This document shows, one piece after another, positions 57,237-64,000 of a stretch of 64,000 bases of DNA. The stretch's first letter is position 1. The number at the start of each line of letters is the position of its first letter. The stretch is from positions 1 to 64,000 of IMG/VR virus record IMGVR_UViG_2657245113_000004. One strand, written 5' to 3'. The translations under genes were made by a program, and so were the position numbers. The notes below the pieces were generated by a model. That model worked only from the letters and a program-made list of their open reading frames with translations. It was not told the origin of the DNA and searched no databases. The stretch comes from an uncultured virus (IMG/VR IMGVR_UViG_2657245113_000004) (taxonomy: Duplodnaviria > Heunggongvirae > Uroviricota > Caudoviricetes).

Positions 57237-57440
57237 CCAGTCACTAGTTCTGCTGCAGCAAGATACATTTGTTCTCGCTTCCTTACAAAAGCGATATTAC
57301 GGTTAATAGCCCCTTCGGATTATAAATATACACCGTACAGCTTTAGCGCACTTTGCCATGCGGCTTGATAGGTCAACATGAATTGCCAAGGATGGTCTAA
57401 AATTTCCGAACCAGAGTAGATTTAATAGCAGGTAGTAAAA

Positions 57441-57456
57441 AGCCCCTTTCGGGGCT
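57441..57456 (-). terminator. Terminator of the 58556-57455 operon
   Basis: AGCCCC-TTTC-GGGGCT preceded by an A run. Confidence 0.65.
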
Positions 57457-58024
57457 ATTTGGCTTTGAGAACTACGTTCCCCATGGCTTGCTGCTGGGAT
57501 CTTGAGCGGTGCGAACGCCTGACCATGCCGCCAATCTTCCCGTGAGCTACAACCAGAAGCATCTGCCCAGATTTAGCATCATAAGAAAAGAGCTGGCCGT
57601 CTTTTGGCACCTCCTGAGAACTATCTTGTCTAATGGGTACAGCTACCATAACGTGCATCGGATGACGGATTGAAGTCTCTACCGAAGTGGCTGTTACGCT
57701 TTTCCGACTACCAATCCACGCAATCCATGCACCAGAATCCAGGCGTTTAGCTCCTAGGTGGCCAGCGCGTAGTGGCTGAAATAGTACGTGTCTCATTGGC
57801 CGATCTGCAGCAATATGAGTGAGACTCTGCCTTTCCTCTACTGCTTCCGCTTTAGCCTCTTCTACGACATTAGCCGGTACTATTCTGCCTTGATACATCA
57901 CGTACTCGCCAGTATTAAGTTTACGCTTTGTTATGTTGGCTGAAGTCTTTTTCAGCTTACGATTCAACGATGCATAAAGCTGATCGCCAGGCGGGAATTC
58001 AGTAGTATTTCGTGATGATTGCAT
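57455..58024 (-). CDS. Hypothetical basic protein (moron)
   Basis: GGAGG RBS before MQSSR; coupled to the upstream gene. Confidence 0.55.
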   Translation of the reverse strand: MQSSRNTTEFPPGDQLYASLNRKLKKTSANITKRKLNTGEYVMYQGRIVPANVVEEAKAEAVEERQSLTHIAADRPMRHVLFQPLRAGHLGAKRLDSGAWIAWIGSRKSVTATSVETSIRHPMHVMVAVPIRQDSSQEVPKDGQLFSYDAKSGQMLLVVAHGKIGGMVRRSHRSRSQQQAMGNVVLKAK

Positions 58025-58556
58025 AACCCCTCCCTTGATCACCTAATTTATTAAAGTTGGACGTAGAAGGTATTACCTTGAGCTTAATGTTTCGGTCAGA
58101 GTCAAATCCGAGAGCCGTATCATAAATGCTTAGAAGTTCTTTCCTTGCAGCATACCAACAGTAAAGCCCAGCCTTAGTTACATTATAATGGTCATAAACT
58201 GCACAAGCAACCTCAGACACTAAATCCTTTATAGCCTTATAATCAAGTTTAACATGAGCGAAATCATTTTCTTCATCGGCAAGGTCGAATGTTACCACCC
58301 AAGCGCCACTTTTAGGAATGGCAAGGGGATGATTACTGTAGATCATCTCACCTAAAAGGCTGTTGAGTACAGATTGCTTTTCGATCTTTACAAAACCAAT
58401 AGTATAGAAGTGACCGGATTCAGCTTTTCCAACCCAAAATTGTCTGGCAACCAGCTCTCTTGGCTCATATTCAGAGCTGAAGTTGTATTGGTCAAACTCG
58501 TCATGTTCGGTAACTTCCGTCTCGTCTTCAAAATCATGCCAATTCCAGCAGTGCAA
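57999..58556 (-). CDS. Hypothetical acidic protein (moron)
   Basis: 185-aa ORF with globular composition; TTG start uncertain. Confidence 0.65.
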   Translation of the reverse strand: MHCWNWHDFEDETEVTEHDEFDQYNFSSEYEPRELVARQFWVGKAESGHFYTIGFVKIEKQSVLNSLLGEMIYSNHPLAIPKSGAWVVTFDLADEENDFAHVKLDYKAIKDLVSEVACAVYDHYNVTKAGLYCWYAARKELLSIYDTALGFDSDRNIKLKVIPSTSNFNKLGDQGRGYAIITKYY

Positions 58557-58669
58557 AATTCACCCCAAGTCCTTTTATCAAATGGCATTATTTAACCAAA
58601 TAATCAATTTTTAAGCAATTCGACCAATGTGTTGCATCCGGCGATTAATCTACATTACACCATCAATAA

Positions 58670-58882
58670 TTATTTGAAGGCGTCATTCACAATGACGAAC
58701 AGAACCAATAACAGAATAAATCCGATGATCCCTAAAATGATGCTGGTATTACTATCCATGTGCATATTGCCTTTACCTGCTAACAGGTAAGCAGCGATAA
58801 CAAACGGGACACAGAGAGCAGGGTGAATGGTGATCATTACTGCGGCTAGTATTAGGCTGACTATAAATAGTGTCGATATCAT
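58670..58882 (-). CDS. Small membrane protein
   Basis: GAGGG RBS, mostly hydrophobic 70 aa, next to attR. Confidence 0.65.
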   Translation of the reverse strand: MISTLFIVSLILAAVMITIHPALCVPFVIAAYLLAGKGNMHMDSNTSIILGIIGFILLLVLFVIVNDAFK

Positions 58883-59045
58883 GTTTCCCTCATTTTAGCG
58901 CCCGAACTTTTCCCGAGTATTTTCGAAATAGATAATAAGTATATGATCATGTTGATCTTTTAAAGACGGTGTCAAACGCAGACTAAAGGTCATAACTCTG
59001 ATTATCTTATTGTTTTATATAGATAAATTTAAGAATTCTCACCTT

Positions 59046-59064
59046 TAGGAATCGTATTCGGTCT
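59046..59064 (+). repeat. attR core TAGGAATCGTATTCGGTCT
   Basis: Exact repeat of 586-604. Confidence 0.92.
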
Positions 59065-59101
59065 ATTTTTAACCCATTGATTTTAAAGGTGAATTTTGTG
59101 G

Positions 59102-59143
59102 TTTATCGAAATTTATCGAAATTTATCGAAATTTTATCGAAAT
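59102..59143 (+). repeat. Tandem TTTATCGAAA x4, probable arm sites of a relic integrase
   Basis: Same position relative to att core and int end as the repeats at 641-674. Confidence 0.6.
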
Positions 59144-59158
59144 CTGATATTCGGTCTT

Positions 59159-59305
59159 TTATAGCATCACGTATTCTTTCCCTATCGTATCAAGATACTT
59201 GTTCGTCACCTTCTCCGATTTATGCCCCAGTAGTTTCATCGCAAATTTCTTACCTTTTTCCTTTTCATACAATCGTCCGGCTAAACTTCTGATCTCATGA
59301 AATTT
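59159..59305 (-). pseudogene. C-terminal remnant of a second lambda-type integrase
   Basis: Translates FHEIRSLAGRLYEKEKGKKFAMKLLGHKSEKVTNKYLDTIGKEYVML*. Confidence 0.9.
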
Positions 59306-59920
59306 TGAAAGAAGTACTTAGCGGCTTCATCGTTTGCAAAATGACGCCTAACTAATCTAATGCAACGTTCTTTATCTATGTATTACCACCAGAAATGTGA
59401 ACATATCGACAGGTTGATGGCCATGAAAAGCTAACTGCTGCGCCGGACAGTGAAAAGAGTCAATCTATATTTTGAACGTAAATGGCTATGGACGCAGGGG
59501 CACTCCGTGACTCAATGGTAAAGCGGGGAATGGTCAATGATAATACCGTACTCTGCCATCATCTCCTCCAAATTGTGTAGGTTCAAGCCAAATACATTGC
59601 GCGACCATATCAATGAACAGTGCTGTATTTTCAGTGGTATACGCAGAAAACATCGTAAAAAATAACATATTGCCTGACGACGGATTACTGCAACAGAGCC
59701 GTATTTATTGTTGTAAAAATAACAATAAATTATCTCGCATAAGAAATATCTTACAATAAGTCAGCTTCCATTCTGATATACGCCCCTTTTTGTTTATTGT
59801 TTAATCACCTCAATAAGGAAAAATGTTGATCAATATCAAATTTTGATAAAATTATCACTTTGATAACCTCAATTGTGTTGACATTTTCTAATATAATTAG
59901 AATAACCTCAGACTATAAAC

Positions 59921-60547
59921 ATGAAAAAGCAACTGATAGCACTAACAGCACTGTCTTATTAGATTTTTGGCTTCAATGCAGCAAACGCAAAAGCACCAAC
60001 AGCAGAATTAACAGTCAAAGGTCAGGTGAGCCCCCCTGGTTGTATTATCATGGCTCCAGACGGCGGAGTCTATAACGTCGGTGAAATTGCAGGGCATACT
60101 GTTAAACCTTCGGCACTCACCGTATTGCCTTCAATAACCAAAAACTGGTCAGTAATTTGTGATGCTGAAACCTACGTTAGCGTGACCGGTAGCGATAACC
60201 GTGCTGGCAGTAGCACGTCCGGAGGTCGCTATGGATTAGGTTTTGTTAATGGCGCCGGAAAAATAGGTGATTACGGCGTTTATTTTTCAAATGCAAAGGT
60301 TGATGGTACTGCAAAATATTTCCGTAAACAGGAAGAAGCCGCTGCGGCTATTTTATCATTAAGCATTGGGCCACTGAATGGGCTGAGCTGGGTCCATGCT
60401 AATGCAACAAAAGCACCAGGAAAAGTATTCAGTGCTGATATTGAAGTCATGCCGAGACTTGGCAGTGTTGCTGATATGAAAGGCCCCATTACAGAGAATG
60501 TTAAAATAGATGGTTCAATGACGTTGAGTATTATCATTGGTATATAG
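59921..60547 (+). pseudogene. DUF1120-like fimbrial-type exported protein with in-frame amber stop
   Basis: MKKQLIALTALSY*IFGFNAANAKAPTAELTVKGQVSPPGC; TAG at 59960-59962; YGLGFVN and IDGSMTL motifs. Confidence 0.75.
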
Positions 60548-60650
60548 ATAATAATACTTATAAAGGGAATTCATTATTAAGTCCGTCATTTAAAATAAGC
60601 ATTGATAATTTTATATCTAAATTAATAAGATTTGCGCGGCAGTAATTATA

Positions 60651-61131
60651 TTTGCAACATTAATCCCCCAGAGAGGGTTTATTTGATGCATTGGTCTTGT
60701 AAAATATCAAAAAACCTTGCCAAGCCTGAATATGTACGGGTTGAAACGGGTGTTTGCATCCAATGGGCGCATTAAAAGATCGATGGCAGTATGGACACTG
60801 CGAAAAGCATTAAAGCTACACAGAATATGGTAAAAGTGTACGGTATGAGAGGGCTTAACGTAGCGCCATCATTAAGAATCAGACATGCCGAAGGGAATGC
60901 TATTGATATGAATATTTTATGAGCGAGAGATTTCAAAATAAAAGTGGCGAGGATATCTTAATTGAGAATTTTCCCGAAGAGGGAATGAATACAGAACTCC
61001 ACGCCGTAGGGGAAAGTTTCGGTGTTATAAAAACCATGGTAGCTCTAAAGACAGAGCTGATTGGTCAACGGATATTTCATGAGGGTGTCAATGTTTTTTA
61101 TCTCTTGTCTAATAATGCGGTTTTCTTATGA
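60651..61131 (+). pseudogene. Decayed M15-type peptidoglycan peptidase gene
   Basis: Fragments ATLIPPERVYLMHWSCKI, RHAEGNAIDMNI and GMNTELHAVGESFGVIK separated by stops or shifts. Confidence 0.55.
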
Positions 61132-61423
61132 ATGTTGTTATATCCCCATAATTTGAATAAATAATACTTTGTTAAATATAAGGTTATATGGCTTGTCAAT
61201 TAATTATCTAAGTTATCTCAAAAAATATAATCATCTGCAGCATGATGTTTTCATCAAATTTATTGGCGTTAATAAATCTCAAAACTACCAATTCGGATAT
61301 CCTTGACGCGTTAATAAAGCATGAGTTTTGACGCGTTATTGGAGTAATTACGATGTCGGGATCAAGCACAAAAACCTAGCAATGGTGCTGGGTTGGATCG
61401 CCATTTTGATGACTTAAGCAATA

Positions 61424-61834
61424 TTAATAAAGGAGGTCTGTCGATACATTACCAGTAGCTAGATACTCTCGAAAAGCAGTGATCACCGGATCAAAATCAT
61501 CAACTATAGTTGATGCTCCATAAGGTTCACCGTGCATAAGCTGCAAGCCACCTGGTGAGTTTAGGTTGTGCAACGTCCTGACGTTATATTCACCATCACA
61601 ATCATTTTCACCTAGCAACAACATATAGCGTCCAGATTCAGTGTATAAAGATAACTCTTCAGGAACGATATCGTCACAAGCGTTATTTTTCATACCCAAC
61701 ACACCAACGTTATCACGGAAAAGTTCAAGGACTTGGAGTAAGTCATCCTCAGAAGGATTCTTTAAAGGTTTTAACTGTTCCCTATCACCAGAAGGGCTAA
61801 AGAAATAACCGCCTAACACCATATCTTTATTCAT
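61424..61834 (-). CDS. Putative immunity protein (DUF6911-like)
   Basis: Acidic; LKNPS, YMLLLGE, VRT, F.EY..TGNVS; ATGA-coupled to the toxin fragment. Confidence 0.7.
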   Translation of the reverse strand: MNKDMVLGGYFFSPSGDREQLKPLKNPSEDDLLQVLELFRDNVGVLGMKNNACDDIVPEELSLYTESGRYMLLLGENDCDGEYNVRTLHNLNSPGGLQLMHGEPYGASTIVDDFDPVITAFREYLATGNVSTDLLY

Positions 61835-62140
61835 TTAGCCACCTTGATAAATTTCATTCCTGTTTCCCATGTGTATTTTACTGGGTCACCATATTTATCG
61901 ACAGCATGTATAGTGAGCGAGTTTACTTCAGCGGCATTTGCGGCTGAAGTAAACTCGCCTCTACAGTAACCACAGACATCTTTACCGCTCACAACCATGT
62001 TTATATCGGCTCCCTTCGAGACCCCAGCTTCATGTGCTTGTTGAAGAGCACCTATTTCGGCATGAGCATCCGCCATATTTCCATTAGGGAACGTTTCTCT
62101 AGTACCGTCAGCTAACACTTTTGCTTTAGCTTGCTTAACC
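61831..62140 (-). pseudogene. Deaminase-fold polymorphic toxin C-terminal fragment
   Basis: AHAEIGALQQA and DVCGYC zinc motif; no proper start. Confidence 0.75.
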
Positions 62141-62171
62141 GCCTAAATCTTGGGCTGTTTTCGTATAACCT

Positions 62172-62738
62172 TCAACATTTCCGTTGTAAACGCCTCCGGC
62201 AGCCAGCAGTCGCTCCGGCAGCCTTGGTGTTAATAGTACGGAAGGCTTGCTGTGCTGGCAAATCAGGTACAGAAGCACGTACCAAACGCTGAACCTGTGT
62301 TGATCGTGGTTTTCCTTCAGAGTGACTATAATCCTTTCTACTCACCGAGCTATTAAATTCAGCGATAATCTTTTTCGCACCATCAAAATGAAAACTAAGT
62401 GGATCGGTGCAAATAAGCTTACCGTTTTCACCAATATAAAATAGCTTGGCAGGGCCATGAATGTCGCTAAGCATGACAATATCGCCGGAAAATACCATTT
62501 TTTCCAGTTTGTCTTTTTCCCTAGCCCCACGAGATGCTCTCGAATGCGAGGCTGCCCTATTTTCACGCATATTAATAATGTAACGACCATTATTATTGTG
62601 GTCATCAAATTCATACTCACGGCAGATACGTGACCATGCGGCGTACGCGCTTATTATGCGCTCATACTCTTCGGGGGGAAGATTATCACGTGGCAGGGAA
62701 TACAAATCATTGCCAGGCAAGCTAAGACTCATATCCAT
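62172..62738 (-). pseudogene. N-terminal part of the disrupted toxin gene
   Basis: AAGGA RBS; the ORF runs out of frame after INTKAAG, just upstream of the toxin tip. Confidence 0.55.
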
Positions 62739-63116
62739 TTCCTTATGGTGTTAACTAAAGCAGTGCCACTGCATATCTATTGCTCAATAGATTTTCTACA
62801 AGAAAGCTCTGTATTTAGCCTTTTCGTGGAGTAAATATTTTTCTTATCTCTGATAAAAAAATAAATAATCGATATCCGGCCATGGTTTCTACATTGATTA
62901 TTTTAGCCAGGTTCAACCGACGAAATTTTTACCCACTCATTTCTATGGGAATCCAGATAGATAATGGTGAATGTTGTCACAGGTAATACCCTAGGATTAT
63001 AGCGAGCGAGGCTCTGAAAATAGTTTGAAATTATGGCGAGAGTTATACTGTCTAGTTGGCGATTTATGTTTACTGGTACTGATTTTTGTGGGAGCCAGCA
63101 ACCTGAAAGCATGGAA

Positions 63117-63146
63117 TAAGCCCCATCAGAAACTGATGGGGCTTAT
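63117..63146 (-). terminator. Terminator after the ABC-F gene
   Basis: TAAGCCCCATCAG-AAA-CTGATGGGGCTTA. Confidence 0.8.
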
Positions 63147-63199
63147 TGGTCATACACCCAGCGGATCTTTGAGTTAAAAACTTTTGAATCCGTTAGTCC

Positions 63200-64000
63200 T
63201 CACTCTCTTAAACCTAGCAGACTATTAAGCTCGTCGATTTGTTGCTGCCACTCACGTTGTAATGTGATTTTTTGGTGTTTAGGTTTCCGCGCCAAATCCT
63301 CGGCCAGTTTGGCCTCCAGATCCAGCAAGGCTGTCAGCAAATAATCTTCCTCACTTTTCATGAGGGTGGTAATAACAGCTGTAGCAATGGCTGAACTTGA
63401 ACTCGGCGCTATTACTGGTTTATCGGCCAGAATGTTGTAAACCGGAGCCAGGTCGTGCCACTCTTCGAGCCGTTGTTGGTGGATCAACCAGAAGCGATTA
63501 CAACTTTGCTCAATTAGCATGCGGTCATGTGATACCAATAATACTGCACCTTTGAACGTTTTTAGTGTTTCCGCCAGTTCCTCTTTACCTTCTATATCGA
63601 GGTGGTTGGTCGGCTCATCCAGTAGCAGTAACGAATAGTTTGCCAGTGTTAAGCCGATAAACAGCAGCCGTGAACGTTCACCACCGCTTAGGGTACTTAC
63701 CTTTTGTTGATGCCGCAGGTAAGGAAAGCCCGCACCAATCAGCGCCATTTTTCGCTGGTCTTCCGTCAATGGTGCAAAAGACGTCAGCGCGTCGCTGATT
63801 GAATCGTCATCGTGTAATTGATGTAGGCTTTGATCGTAATATCCCATACGGACTTTTGGATGAAAAACTATACCCGCATCGGAGGTTTCTGGCTGGTTAA
63901 ATTCTTGCCATAAGCTATGTAATAACGATGACTTACCGCAGCCATTGCGGCCAACTAGCGCGATGCGATCGCCACTTTTTACTCTAACTTCATCCAGTTC
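63200..64000 (-). CDS. ABC-F family ATPase (3' part; continues beyond the window)
   Basis: GRNGCGKS Walker A near 63930-63953, LSGGERSR, LLLLDEPTNHLD, VSHDR. Confidence 0.92.
   Translation of the reverse strand, partial: ELDEVRVKSGDRIALVGRNGCGKSSLLHSLWQEFNQPETSDAGIVFHPKVRMGYYDQSLHQLHDDDSISDALTSFAPLTEDQRKMALIGAGFPYLRHQQKVSTLSGGERSRLLFIGLTLANYSLLLLDEPTNHLDIEGKEELAETLKTFKGAVLLVSHDRMLIEQSCNRFWLIHQQRLEEWHDLAPVYNILADKPVIAPSSSSAIATAVITTLMKSEEDYLLTALLDLEAKLAEDLARKPKHQKITLQREWQQQIDELNSLLGLRE

Larger units (their letters stand above)
586..59064. mobile_element. Temperate prophage with lambdoid control region and 933W-like short-tail morphogenesis genes
   Basis: Bounded by 19-bp direct repeats; integrase at the left end; full set of replication, lysis, packaging, head and tail genes. 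Confidence 0.95.

Noticed and set aside
59102..59143. Possible CRISPR array or VNTR
   Set aside because: 10-bp units without spacers and no cas genes; better explained as integrase arm sites

Overview
Enterobacterial chromosome, most consistent with Yersinia (inferred from sequence style and flanking genes). An apparently complete ~58.5 kb temperate prophage (attL 586-604, attR 59046-59064) is integrated in the 3' end of the SdsR/RyeB sRNA gene next to yebY. It has a lambdoid control region (int, xis, exo/bet, N-like, cI, cro, O/P-like, nin region, Q) and 933W/Stx2-phage-like short-tail virion genes, with no recognisable stx cargo. Unusual features: an intein with a LAGLIDADG endonuclease inside Bet; a 13-nt motif (GGACTGACCAATG) covering the RBS and start codon of several early/middle genes, with antisense copies in a short terminator-bounded RNA from the first late promoter; four lambda pR'-like promoter-terminator units; a C5/MT-A70 methyltransferase fusion; an RdgC-FtsK-gamma fusion; a hidden type I toxin-antitoxin candidate; and AT-rich cargo cassettes (PRTase-like + NADAR, LexA-box NdpA/YejK-like + membrane protein, standalone TIR-like). 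Right of attR lie a relic integrase from an older element at the same site, pseudogenes, a decayed deaminase toxin/immunity locus and the 3' part of an ABC-F ATPase. All family calls come from motif recognition by eye, not from database searches.
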